64,000 bases of DNA from a virus. Its lineage: Duplodnaviria > Heunggongvirae > Uroviricota > Caudoviricetes. The stretch's first letter is position 1. Every line of letters starts with the position of its first letter. The stretch lies in the IMG/VR virus record IMGVR_UViG_3300031420_000399; one strand, written 5' to 3'. Shown one piece after another: positions 52,990-61,721 of this stretch. The notes below the pieces were generated by a model. The model ran no database searches and had not been told where the DNA came from. It worked only from the letters and a program-made list of their open reading frames with translations. Both the position numbers and the translations under genes were made by a program.

Positions 52990-53033
52990 AACTTTCCTCA
53001 GCTACAGATTCACCCGAGCAGGAGGAGCTAACC

Positions 53034-53831
53034 ATGGCCGAAGGATCAGGCTACAACCCCTATAGGAAGGCCAACGGTGAGTTTGCTTCGGCCTCTGAGC
53101 TGGGATCGGTGGAGGAAAAGGTTTCGGCAGATCTGACCGAAGCTCGAAACTCCGGCGATGCTGAGCGCGTTGCTCAGGTCGAGGAGTACGCTATGGACAA
53201 GGCCCCGAACTCCAAGCTCGGCAAGCAGCTCCTCGAGGAGCGCTACGGATCTACTCCGAGCAGCTCAAAAACTCCAAGCACCGAGGATCGCTACGAAGCT
53301 CTCCGCAGCGCCTACCGCGAAGCCACTCCTCCTGGGGATTTCAGCTACCAGGCTCAGATCGACCTCGGTCATTCGCTCAAGGCTCTCTCGGACAGTGAGT
53401 TCGATGCGCTCGCCAGCCACAACGGAGAGCAGCTCACATCGGGTCGAACCGGTCGAGCCTGGGACCAGGGTCTCGAGGGCGGCATTGGGACTGAGCGAAT
53501 CAGACGCAGCCATGCTGAGCGCTTCGCTGAACTCGAGTCGGATGGCTACGAGTACGATGGGCTCGGCAAGTATGTGAGCCCCGATAGGACTCGAACCTAC
53601 TTTGTTGCTCCCCGGGGCATGAACAGGGGACAGCTCGTAGTGCGAGAAAATGTCGGCACAGGCAGGATGACTCGTCTCGCTGCCCATGTGGACGGACCGA
53701 GCTCGCAGCCCGAAGGCTCAACCCGTGAGCGCCTCGAAGCTGCCGGCGTGAAGTATCCACTCGGCTGGAATGACATGGGATCCTCTGAGAAGGATCTCTG
53801 GGAAGAGCGTCAGCTCCGCAACCTGAGTTGA
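53034..53831 (+). CDS. protein sharing N-terminal module with 47585 (265 aa)
   Basis: SD AGGAGGAG; N-terminus GYNPYRKANGEFASASELG. Confidence 0.6.
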   Translation: MAEGSGYNPYRKANGEFASASELGSVEEKVSADLTEARNSGDAERVAQVEEYAMDKAPNSKLGKQLLEERYGSTPSSSKTPSTEDRYEALRSAYREATPPGDFSYQAQIDLGHSLKALSDSEFDALASHNGEQLTSGRTGRAWDQGLEGGIGTERIRRSHAERFAELESDGYEYDGLGKYVSPDRTRTYFVAPRGMNRGQLVVRENVGTGRMTRLAAHVDGPSSQPEGSTRERLEAAGVKYPLGWNDMGSSEKDLWEERQLRNLS

Positions 53832-53845
53832 CACTGGAGTGGCGG

Positions 53846-53874
53846 TTGCGGAAAACCCAGCGGCCGCGTAGGAT
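53846..53874 (+). promoter_or_regulatory. promoter: TTGCGG-17-TAGGAT (ATG 53916)
   Basis: family consensus. Confidence 0.55.
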
Positions 53875-53915
53875 GGGCTTTGACCACATCCGTAGACAGA
53901 CCGAAAGGTAGGCCC

Positions 53916-54203
53916 ATGGCCAACCAGTTCCAGCTCGTTGCCTCGCGGCTCTTCGAGCTCACCAAGATCTTTCGACACCACGGTGACAGCGAGACCCTGG
54001 GCTTCAAGCTCCTCGCAGTCGAGCCGGGGCTTCTGGATCTTCCGGGCTACGAGAACCGCATCGAGGAGCTTCGCTCCGAGTGGTACGACCTCACCGACGA
54101 GGATCTTCGGCTCCTCGATGAGTCCGAGTACATCTCCCTGCGACTCCTCGAAGAGCTCATCGCTCATGAGGACCGGAACCGCTCCGAAGGAGAGAAGCGA
54201 TGA
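53916..54203 (+). CDS. hypothetical protein (96 aa)
   Basis: SD GAAAGGTAGG; promoter 53846-53874; track TTG start 53880 lies after the -10. Confidence 0.5.
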   Translation: MANQFQLVASRLFELTKIFRHHGDSETLGFKLLAVEPGLLDLPGYENRIEELRSEWYDLTDEDLRLLDESEYISLRLLEELIAHEDRNRSEGEKR

Positions 54204-54628
54204 CCTACCGGAACGAGGCACGCTGTCTGCCCGAGAAGGTCGGACTGGCCGCAGAGGTTGACGCCATTCTGGCACAGCATGCCCGACCCAAGGTCCGGGA
54301 AGAGCCCGAGCGCTTCGAGCTCCCCACCGAGGTCGGCGTCTACCGGGCGACGAGTCCTGCCATCGGCGAGGAGCTGGTGCAGCTCGACGAGACCGGACAG
54401 TGGTGGCCTTACCCCTACATGTTCAGCGGCTGGCGAGCCAGTGAGCTCAGCATGTTCCAGTTCTCCGAGAAGCTCGAACTCGAGCTCGATGTGCCGGAGA
54501 TTCGCAACCCGGAGCTCCGGGATGCCATCGAGGAGTTCACGGCTCGGCTGAAGCTGAGCTTCCCCGAGGTCGGCCGGGAGCGGCTTGAAGCTTTCTCCCG
54601 GGAGTATATCTCCGAGCAGTACGAGTGA
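54200..54628 (+). CDS. hypothetical protein (142 aa)
   Basis: ATGA overlap with upstream gene. Confidence 0.5.
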   Translation: MTYRNEARCLPEKVGLAAEVDAILAQHARPKVREEPERFELPTEVGVYRATSPAIGEELVQLDETGQWWPYPYMFSGWRASELSMFQFSEKLELELDVPEIRNPELRDAIEEFTARLKLSFPEVGRERLEAFSREYISEQYE

Positions 54629-54633
54629 AGTGG

Positions 54634-54662
54634 TTGCGCTGAGAGTTTTCACGGTGTAGGTT
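54634..54662 (+). promoter_or_regulatory. promoter: TTGCGC-17-tgTAGGTT upstream of the Lsr2-like gene
   Basis: about 55-nt leader to TTG 54724. Confidence 0.55.
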
Positions 54663-54723
54663 CGATCCAACCGAACACCGCAGGGCGGCTCTCAGCGCTG
54701 CCTCCACTCAAGGAGATTCCATC

Positions 54724-55281
54724 TTGACCACCAAGACCGTCACCCTCGATGACATCACGGGCGAGATCATCGACCCGAAGCAGATCAACACCATCGAGCT
54801 CCGTGTGACCTCCGGTCCCTACGCTGGTGCCTCCGTGGAGCTCGACCTGAGCGCCAAGAGCTTCGAGTCGAAGATCATGGAGCTCCTCGACCACGGCGAT
54901 CTCGAGAAGATCCTGGCTGTGCCGAAGCCCGCTGCCGATGATCCGGTGAAGAAGGCTCGCCGGCCGCGCCACAACTACACCTACATCCACGAGGAGATTG
55001 AACCCGAGGACCTCGTTCCGGTGCTCGCCAACCACCGCATCCAGCTGGAGCGCCGCAACAGCGTGGCCATCGATGCTCGGCTCTACGCTTCGGTGATGAG
55101 CTCCCGCTCTTATCAGGTTAGGATCCGCCAGTCCTTCCGGCTGTCCAACATCACCGAGCTCCGTGACCAGCTCAACGCTGTCGCGCTGGATCTTGTCATC
55201 CACAAGACCTTCCGATCGGTCTCCAACGGAAAGGTCCTCGGTGTCTTCGGAGACATCTACGCAGTACCGAACTGGAAGTGA
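54724..55281 (+). CDS. Lsr2-like N-terminal domain protein (185 aa)
   Basis: TTG start with SD AAGGAG; MTTKTVTLDDITGEII...TIELRV...VELDLSAKSF parallels the Lsr2 dimerisation domain (MAKKVTVTLVDD...YEIDLS); basic stretch KKARRPRH. Confidence 0.5.
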   Translation: MTTKTVTLDDITGEIIDPKQINTIELRVTSGPYAGASVELDLSAKSFESKIMELLDHGDLEKILAVPKPAADDPVKKARRPRHNYTYIHEEIEPEDLVPVLANHRIQLERRNSVAIDARLYASVMSSRSYQVRIRQSFRLSNITELRDQLNAVALDLVIHKTFRSVSNGKVLGVFGDIYAVPNWK

Positions 55282-55345
55282 TCTGGCACTGAAGCTCAGC
55301 TTCTTCTAGAGAGCTCGACCGCTGCGGCGGCCGGGCTCTCTGCCG

Positions 55346-55374
55346 TTGCGCAGACTGTGTTCAGGGTGTATGGT
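55346..55374 (+). promoter_or_regulatory. promoter: TTGCGC-17-tgTATGGT (ATG 55419)
   Basis: family consensus. Confidence 0.55.
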
Positions 55375-55418
55375 TGATCTCACCGCACCACACCCGTCGC
55401 TCGAAGGAGTTTCACCCC

Positions 55419-56054
55419 ATGTCCTACCACTGGGAAAATACGATCTGGCAGTCCAAGGATGGGAGCTGGAACCGAGGCTTCTACCACCGGATCTCCGCGG
55501 CCGGTTCTCCCGGCAGCTGGAACGACGGGGACTACGACTCCGAGTGGGACGATGAGTTCGATGAGAGCTACTTCGACTACGCTCGCACCGGCTTCCGGAG
55601 CGAGCACGACGCGCTCCTCTGGGAGCCCGCCGGCAACCCCGGCAGCGCCAGCATCCTTTCCTATCGAGGCAACTCCAAGGAGTGCAAGGAGCTCGACCAG
55701 CTCGCTTTCTTCCACGCCCACCCGGAGGAGAAGGTCAAGCACGACCGGAAGGAATTCCTCAGGAAGAATCGGGAGCACTTCAAGGCACTCCATGCAGAGT
55801 GGACTCCCGAGAAGATCCGGGCCATCGGACGCTTCGACACAGTGATCGCCTCGGTCAAGGGCGACGACGAGGCCTACTCGCGCCTCGGCATGAACTACGA
55901 TCTTCGGGGTGTCCCCACCATCGAAGGTGACTGGTTCAAGCTCGAAGGTAAGCAGATCTACAACCTCAAGACCGACAAGTTCCACAAGCGTGTCCACAGC
56001 TTCGGCCGGCCCGCACCCGTCCAGCGAGCTGTCTACGGTCGCTACGGCTGGTAG
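55419..56054 (+). CDS. hypothetical protein (211 aa)
   Basis: SD GAAGGAG; promoter 55346-55374. Confidence 0.55.
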   Translation: MSYHWENTIWQSKDGSWNRGFYHRISAAGSPGSWNDGDYDSEWDDEFDESYFDYARTGFRSEHDALLWEPAGNPGSASILSYRGNSKECKELDQLAFFHAHPEEKVKHDRKEFLRKNREHFKALHAEWTPEKIRAIGRFDTVIASVKGDDEAYSRLGMNYDLRGVPTIEGDWFKLEGKQIYNLKTDKFHKRVHSFGRPAPVQRAVYGRYGW

Positions 56055-56095
56055 ATCGTTCTCTTAGCTCACTCATTCCCACAGAAGGTTTCACC

Positions 56096-56566
56096 ATGAG
56101 CGCACAGTTCTTCGGCCTCGCCTCGGCGGGCACTTCCGTCATCGCCATCAAGGGGACCATCAGGCTCTCGGGTATCCTGCTCCGGGAGTTCGAAGGTGCA
56201 GCTGGCGCCCTTTCGGCCGTTCAGATCGGCCGGATCGAGGTCCTCGCGGGCGAGTTCCCCGGCAACATCGATCAGGTCACCCTCAACGCCAACGGCTGGG
56301 ACATCTACCGGGAGGAAGTCGATGAGCTCCCTCCGCTCCCCGAATCCGGGGACTACGACCGATTTATCGAGGCACTCAACATCTTCCGGGCCGTGATCGT
56401 ATCTACAGGTGGCGAGTCAAGTGACCACTACTTCGCAGCCGAGCACGACACCATCTATGGAGGTGTCTCTCCCGATGACTGCACAGAAGCTCAGCTCCAG
56501 AGACTCGAGGAACTCGGCTGGTATCCCGATGGCTCTACCGGTTCGAGCTTCTACTACTTCACCTGA
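56096..56566 (+). CDS. hypothetical protein (156 aa)
   Basis: SD AGAAGG. Confidence 0.55.
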   Translation: MSAQFFGLASAGTSVIAIKGTIRLSGILLREFEGAAGALSAVQIGRIEVLAGEFPGNIDQVTLNANGWDIYREEVDELPPLPESGDYDRFIEALNIFRAVIVSTGGESSDHYFAAEHDTIYGGVSPDDCTEAQLQRLEELGWYPDGSTGSSFYYFT

Positions 56567-56624
56567 TCCGTCGACCACCAAACAGATGTTAGCCGGACAA
56601 CCCGTCCGAGAAAGTAGGTTCACC

Positions 56625-56726
56625 ATGGCCAAGAAGCGTATCGGTGGAGCACCTCGCTCCCTTGTGATCTTCATGGCAGCTCTCGCGCTCGCCGCCCTCG
56701 TCATGGGCATGGTCTCAGGGTTCTGA
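56625..56726 (+). CDS. possible 33-aa hydrophobic peptide
   Basis: ATG 5 nt after TAGGTT (56614-56619); MAKKRIGGAPRSLVIFMAALALAALVMGMVSGF; very short, weak support. Confidence 0.3.
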   Translation: MAKKRIGGAPRSLVIFMAALALAALVMGMVSGF

Positions 56727-56781
56727 GGCCTCGAGAGGGCTCTAGCCCTCACAGCAGCCGATAGTAGGCTGTCTACACCTA

Positions 56782-57903
56782 TTGAATTTGGAGCTCCTCC
56801 CCTTGGCAGCAAAGAACCTCTCAGTCTACAGCGAGCTCCTGGGCCGCGTAAAGACCGAAGGTCTCCTCACGAAGACACCTTCCTTCTACATCCGATCCTT
56901 CGTCATCATCACTCTCCTCTCCCTGGCAACATGGGCAGGCATCATCCTCCTGGGACTCACTCTCTCGGGGCCGATGGCCCTTCTCATTCTCCCGCTGATC
57001 GTCTTCCAGGGGATACTCACAGCTCAGTACGCATTCATTGCCCACGAGCTCGCTCACAACCAGGTCTTCGAGAGCAACCGGGCCAACACCTGGGTCGGGA
57101 TGGTCATGGCCAATCTCTTCGCGGGGCTCTCCTACGGTTTCTGGCTGCAGAAGCACAATCGCCATCACGGCAAGCCCAACATGATCGACGGCGATCCTGA
57201 CATCAAGCTCAGAGTGCTGGCCTTCTCTACCGAGCAGAAATTTGAGAAGCCTTCGGCTGAGCGCATGCTGACTCGCAATCAGGGCTGGCTTTTCCCGATC
57301 CTCGTGTTCCTGACGAGCTTCGATCTCCTCCTTGACTCCTTCAAGAGCCTCGGCCGAAAGACCGGCCGTGGGGCCGAGCACCGCTTCCTCGAGGGAGCCA
57401 TGCTCGTGGTTCGACTTCTCACTCCCATCGCAGTCTACCTGATCTTCCTGCCCCTCTGGGTCGCACCGATCGCCTGGCTCATCTACATGCTGTCCTTCGG
57501 ATTCTTCCTCGGCACCGCCTTCGCTGTGAATCACATCGGCATGCCTCTGGTCGAGAAGAGCTCTCGGATCGGCTTCCTAGAGCGTCAGATCCTGACTTCC
57601 CGGAACATCACTCCGAGCCCGCTGAAAGATGTGCTCATGGGTGGGCTCAACTACCAGATCGAGCACCACCTCTTCCCATCGATGTCCCGGCCCCAGCTCG
57701 CTCGAGTCAGGCCGATGGTCAAGGAGTTCTGCCGGGAGAAGGGCATCGCCTACCGGGAGATGGATCTTTTCAAGGGCTTCGGTGAGGTCATCGGCTACCT
57801 CAACAGCATCGGCCTCTCTACCAGGCTCGACCCCTTTGTCTGCCCTCTGGTTGCTGAGTTCCGCCAGGGTGGGCTACCCGCGAAGGTGCTCGTTCGCGCC
57901 TGA
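56782..57903 (+). CDS. membrane fatty-acid desaturase family protein (373 aa)
   Basis: three His boxes HELAH, HNRHHGK, QIEHHLFP; multiple TM helices; TTG start. Confidence 0.75.
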   Translation: MNLELLPLAAKNLSVYSELLGRVKTEGLLTKTPSFYIRSFVIITLLSLATWAGIILLGLTLSGPMALLILPLIVFQGILTAQYAFIAHELAHNQVFESNRANTWVGMVMANLFAGLSYGFWLQKHNRHHGKPNMIDGDPDIKLRVLAFSTEQKFEKPSAERMLTRNQGWLFPILVFLTSFDLLLDSFKSLGRKTGRGAEHRFLEGAMLVVRLLTPIAVYLIFLPLWVAPIAWLIYMLSFGFFLGTAFAVNHIGMPLVEKSSRIGFLERQILTSRNITPSPLKDVLMGGLNYQIEHHLFPSMSRPQLARVRPMVKEFCREKGIAYREMDLFKGFGEVIGYLNSIGLSTRLDPFVCPLVAEFRQGGLPAKVLVRA

Positions 57904-57906
57904 GAA

Positions 57907-57935
57907 TTGACAGGGCTGGAATCAGTGGTTAGCAT
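57907..57935 (+). promoter_or_regulatory. promoter: TTGACA-17-TAGCAT upstream of the MazG-like gene
   Basis: perfect -35. Confidence 0.6.
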
Positions 57936-57982
57936 TGTGCTCCAACCACTCATCGCCACACCCATCGAGGAAAATCGAACCC

Positions 57983-58315
57983 ATGGCAGCAAAGAAGAAG
58001 GGCTTCCCACTGCTCAAGCTGCGTAGCAGGAAGCTCAACGGGTATCTGCACCGCTATGTGGATCTCCGTGGAGTTCGCTGGGGTCGCTACGCGAAGGTCA
58101 GCAAGCTCAAGGAAGAGTCCCGAGAGCTCATCGAGGCAGTAGCCGACTACGAGGCAGACCCCACTCCCCAGAAGCTAGAGCACCTGAAGGAAGAGGCCGC
58201 TGATGTGCTCTTCTGCGTGCTCGGAGTTTCCGAGAAGTACGGCTTCGATCTCCACGATGCGGTTGAGCACAAGATCTCCAAGGACACTGGCAGGAACACC
58301 GCCAAGAGCCACTGA
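57983..58315 (+). CDS. MazG-like nucleotide pyrophosphohydrolase (110 aa)
   Basis: SD GAGGAAAA; ESRELIEAV...EEAADVLFCVLGVSEKYGFDL core; TTGACA/TAGCAT promoter 57907-57935. Confidence 0.65.
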   Translation: MAAKKKGFPLLKLRSRKLNGYLHRYVDLRGVRWGRYAKVSKLKEESRELIEAVADYEADPTPQKLEHLKEEAADVLFCVLGVSEKYGFDLHDAVEHKISKDTGRNTAKSH

Positions 58316-58317
58316 GA

Positions 58318-58499
58318 GGCAGTAGCTGGCAGCCTAAGGTAGGCGCAGTGGCCCATCGAATGTTGACTCATCCCTAGGATTCTCCATCCCGAGCAGCCCA
58401 GTCGCAGAGTGCCTTGTTCAGCTGTCGCCTGAGGCGCTCGAAGGCTGTGGATTGGTCATCGAACCGAAGCAATCTAATCCTCCCTTAGGAGCCCAGCTA
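58318..58499 (+). repeat. long-range 13-nt inverted repeat GGCAGTAGCTGGG (58318-58330) / CCCAGCTACTGCC (58487-58499) bracketing about 155 nt of intergenic DNA
   Basis: exact reverse complements; interior contains smaller palindromes. Confidence 0.45.
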
Positions 58500-58561
58500 C
58501 TGCCTCTCAGGCACCGCTACCGTTCGATAGTGTGCTCCAATAGTCACAGCATCGAAGGGAA

Positions 58562-59125
58562 TTGCCAGTGGGTAAGAGAGTGGCTCAGCAGAAGCCAGGA
58601 GAGTCTCGCTTCATAGAGCTCAAGCGGATCGCTCCAAGGGCATTGACGATCTTCGGACTTCTGCTCCTTCTCATCGGGCTGATCGCTGTGCCCGCTGACC
58701 TGAAGACCTACAACCGGGACAATGAGCTTCGAGCCACTGGAGCAACGGCTACTGCAACCGTCGAGTCCGTGGACAGGGTCCACCACTCCGGACGCCGCTC
58801 TAGCTGGAACGAGTACATCCCTCTGCTTTCGGCTAGCATCGACGGGACAGAGCATGTCTTCAGAATGAGTGATTACTCCTCCAAGAGCTTCGGTACCTTT
58901 GCGCCGGGTCAGAAGCTCACTCTCATGTATGAGCAAGGAAACCCCTACCACCTGCCGGGGATCAAGAGCGATGGGGCCAGATCCGATCTTACTGGCAATC
59001 TCGTCAGGAACTCGATCGTGGGATCCATCGGCGCGCTCATGGTTCTCATCGGAGCCCCTATCTTGATCGTCAGATTCGCCAGACGACGCCGGGCGAAGCA
59101 GGCTAGTAGGGCCGATCTCGCCTGA
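58562..59125 (+). CDS. DUF3592-like two-TM membrane protein (about 187 aa)
   Basis: TM helix, beta domain (TATVESVDRVHHSGRR...DGTEHVF...APGQKLTLMYEQGNPYH), second TM helix; start could be TTG 58562 or GTG 58568. Confidence 0.55.
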   Translation: MPVGKRVAQQKPGESRFIELKRIAPRALTIFGLLLLLIGLIAVPADLKTYNRDNELRATGATATATVESVDRVHHSGRRSSWNEYIPLLSASIDGTEHVFRMSDYSSKSFGTFAPGQKLTLMYEQGNPYHLPGIKSDGARSDLTGNLVRNSIVGSIGALMVLIGAPILIVRFARRRRAKQASRADLA

Positions 59126-59245
59126 TTTTAGATTTTTCTCGGGATCCATCAGGTAGCACCGATCTGGGCCGATAGGTATATAGGAGGGCGCAAAAGCGTC
59201 CAGATCGTCGGTATAGCAACATCGAACACATCGAAATCGAACCAA

Positions 59246-60610
59246 ATGTGGCATGACCACAGCACGATTCGGTACGACGAACTCGAACCCGCCATGCCAA
59301 CGGTACCTGAATACGGAGACACCATGGAACAGAACGCCATCAGCTACGCTGCAGAGGTCGCCCAGCAGCCCCTTGAAGCTAGGCCTTCAGTGGAAAACGC
59401 CAAGCTGTTCAAGCTGATCTACAACGGCAGCCTGGATGAAGACCTCCTTCAGCGCGCAGTTGAGGATCGACCGATCTCTCAGAAGGCCAAGGACCAGTGG
59501 CACTGCTCTGGGATTCGGAAGCTCCTCAACGGAAGCCTCAACATGGGATCCAAGAACGATCTCGAAAAGGCTACTGCAATCTCAAGGAAGATCTCCCGGT
59601 TTATGATCGAGCAGCCCGAGAGCTTTGCTGCTCTCCCCGCCGCTGACCAGGAGGAGATCCGTAGGCTCCACATCAACACTGGCTCTAGGGAGTGGGTCAA
59701 CGAAGAGGAGCAGCTCCTTGCCCTGAAGATCGAGTCGAGCTCTGAGCTCCTGAGCGAGTTCGGCATGAACTTCAGCTCTACTCCCGCCCAAGAGCTCAAC
59801 CAGAATCTGACCGGCACCGAGATGGTGAACTTCAGCTGGGACAGCTGCGGCCACAGAGACTACCGGGCTGCCTACGCAATCAACACCGCCATCAACAAGA
59901 AGAAGTCGCCCTACTGTAGGGAGTGCTACACGCTCGACAACTCGCTGATCACCTGGTATCAGCTCAACGAAGACTTCCTCCTGAGCTCTCAGGTTGACAT
60001 CTCCCAGGTCTCCTCCGTGGACCTGCTAGCATCCGCCTACAGCAAGACGAAGATCAACATCGGCTATGGCTGCGGCCACAGGGAAAACACTACCTTCCAG
60101 TCCCTCAAGGACAAGGTGAAGCGCGCTCAGGAGCTCGGCCAGGAGACGATCAGCTGCAACGCCTGCAAGGTTCCCGACGGAACATTTGAGGTCGGCATCA
60201 GGATGGCCATTCAGCTCGCAACTGCCTTCGTTCCTGGAGTCACCATCGAGAAGCAGGTTGAGCTCGATGGGCTGAAGGGCAAGCCCTACGACATGCTCAT
60301 CAGGCTAGAGTCTGGTAAGCTCTACTTCATCGAGGTAGATGGAGGACTCCACTACAAGCCGTTCAACAGACTCGGCCAAGATGAATTTGACCGTAAGATC
60401 GAAGTCGATCGGGAGAAGACAGAAGCGATTCTAGCCCTGGGCCACGGTCTCATTCGGATCGACGAGCGCAACCACCGCGGCGAAGTCACTGAAGAGCTTG
60501 CAGCTGTGCTCAGTGCAGCGCTCCGAGGTACTCTGGGAAACTACACAGTGATCGGCGAAGAGTGCCCCGGAGCTCAGCTCGTCTCCGATGAGCGCAAGGG
60601 TTGGGCCTAG
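59246..60610 (+). CDS. Zn-ribbon protein with C-terminal DUF559/Vsr-like (PD-(D/E)XK) nuclease domain
   Basis: two CxxC...CxxC clusters; C-terminal MLIRLESGKLYFIEVDGGLHY...DRKIEVDREKTEAILALGHGLIRI fits the DUF559 pattern; start uncertain (ATG 59246, 59294 or 59324). Confidence 0.55.
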   Translation: MWHDHSTIRYDELEPAMPTVPEYGDTMEQNAISYAAEVAQQPLEARPSVENAKLFKLIYNGSLDEDLLQRAVEDRPISQKAKDQWHCSGIRKLLNGSLNMGSKNDLEKATAISRKISRFMIEQPESFAALPAADQEEIRRLHINTGSREWVNEEEQLLALKIESSSELLSEFGMNFSSTPAQELNQNLTGTEMVNFSWDSCGHRDYRAAYAINTAINKKKSPYCRECYTLDNSLITWYQLNEDFLLSSQVDISQVSSVDLLASAYSKTKINIGYGCGHRENTTFQSLKDKVKRAQELGQETISCNACKVPDGTFEVGIRMAIQLATAFVPGVTIEKQVELDGLKGKPYDMLIRLESGKLYFIEVDGGLHYKPFNRLGQDEFDRKIEVDREKTEAILALGHGLIRIDERNHRGEVTEELAAVLSAALRGTLGNYTVIGEECPGAQLVSDERKGWA

Positions 60611-61026
60611 AGGTCCTCGACCCACTCGATGAGCTTGTCTGCGATTTCGGCTACCTCGTCATCGTCGCTGAGCCCAATGCCCTGATCGCCGACGAGCTCA
60701 TTCCAGTAGTCTTCGTCGGTGGGATCGTAGAAGGCCACGGTTGCTTCGCTCTGGATGAGGAAGGGCCGCCAGCGAGCGAGGAACTGCTTCCGGGTCTGAA
60801 GCCCGTTGGCGTCGAGGATCTGACCGTCCTCGAGCTCAACTGCCATGTGGCACCACCAGTCGGTGTCCCGGCTCTCGACTGCGGCAATGAGCCTGCCAGT
60901 ACCTCGCAGGTGGAGCTCCCTGGCGAGCTTCCAGCAGTCGGAGGAGGTGAAGGTGTCGACCTCGTCCGTGGTGCAGGGCGAGACCTCGAGGAGGAGGTCC
61001 TGGTCGGTGGTGGTGATCCTACGCAT
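60607..61026 (-). CDS. hypothetical protein (139 aa), only minus-strand gene
   Basis: leaderless ATG (plus 61024-61026) 7 nt after a minus-strand tgTACAGT; stop codons overlap the convergent gene at CTAG. Confidence 0.5.
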   Translation of the reverse strand: MRRITTTDQDLLLEVSPCTTDEVDTFTSSDCWKLARELHLRGTGRLIAAVESRDTDWWCHMAVELEDGQILDANGLQTRKQFLARWRPFLIQSEATVAFYDPTDEDYWNELVGDQGIGLSDDDEVAEIADKLIEWVEDL

Positions 61027-61033
61027 GGGAGGA

Positions 61034-61062
61034 ACTGTACACACGGGAGAGCGAATCCGCAA
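61034..61062 (-). promoter_or_regulatory. promoter (minus strand): TTGCGG-17-tgTACAGT, leaderless minus-strand ATG at 61024-61026
   Basis: reverse complement of plus CCGCAA (61057-61062) and ACTGTACA (61034-61041); 7 nt gap. Confidence 0.55.
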
Positions 61063-61078
61063 CTCTTTCTTCAGCCCG

Positions 61079-61107
61079 TTGCGCAGCTGTAGATAGCCGT
61101 GTATGGT
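61079..61107 (+). promoter_or_regulatory. promoter: TTGCGC-17-tgTATGGT, leaderless ATG 61115 (divergent pair, + side)
   Basis: 7 nt gap. Confidence 0.6.
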
Positions 61108-61114
61108 GAGACCT

Positions 61115-61687
61115 ATGTATGATCCCACCAATGAGCAGGCACTGCTGAAGCTCGAGTCCGACATCAACGCCATCTACCAGGTCATCAAGAGCGGTCACGA
61201 CAGCGTGAACGAGGCCTGGGAGACCGCCCTGGCCACAGTTCGCGTGCTCGCAGCTCGCTGGAACCACATCCCTACCCGCAAGGCACTGAACTTCATGGAG
61301 ACCCTAGAGGATCTCATGGAGGAAGAGGAGCTCGATCGGCCCACCGCTCTCCAGAAGCTCGGGGAGGTCCGTGGCGAGCAGTTCGAGCTCCAGGGTGATC
61401 CCACCCTGAAGTTCACCACCATCGAGCACACCGCCAACGGGTCGGTGATCCGGAAGGATATCCTCAGCGCCAGCAAGCCCATCGTTCTGCGCATCGAGGG
61501 CAACAAGGACAGGGAGAAGCTCTACGAGGTCACCATCCGTAGGCAGACCAACCAGCACGGCTACCCAAGCAGCTTCTTCTTGAGCCCGGGACGAAAGCTG
61601 GAGGTCTCCGGCATGGAGAACGGCGAGACCATGCTCATCAACATCGATCCGGAGAGCTACGAGCTCGTCATCGAGCGCACTCGATAG
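61115..61687 (+). CDS. hypothetical protein (190 aa)
   Basis: leaderless ATG 7 nt after tgTATGGT (61102-61107); the track start 61103 lies inside the -10. Confidence 0.55.
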   Translation: MYDPTNEQALLKLESDINAIYQVIKSGHDSVNEAWETALATVRVLAARWNHIPTRKALNFMETLEDLMEEEELDRPTALQKLGEVRGEQFELQGDPTLKFTTIEHTANGSVIRKDILSASKPIVLRIEGNKDREKLYEVTIRRQTNQHGYPSSFFLSPGRKLEVSGMENGETMLINIDPESYELVIERTR

Positions 61688-61721
61688 GGTGAACTCAGTA
61701 CACTCACAGAAGGAACTGTAG

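Noticed and set aside
54655-54670. tRNA-like GGTTCGATCC motif
   Set aside because: It is part of the -10 region (tgTAGGTT) of a family promoter. No acceptor stem or cloverleaf can be drawn. A similar GGTTCGAACC at about 22966 lies inside a CDS.
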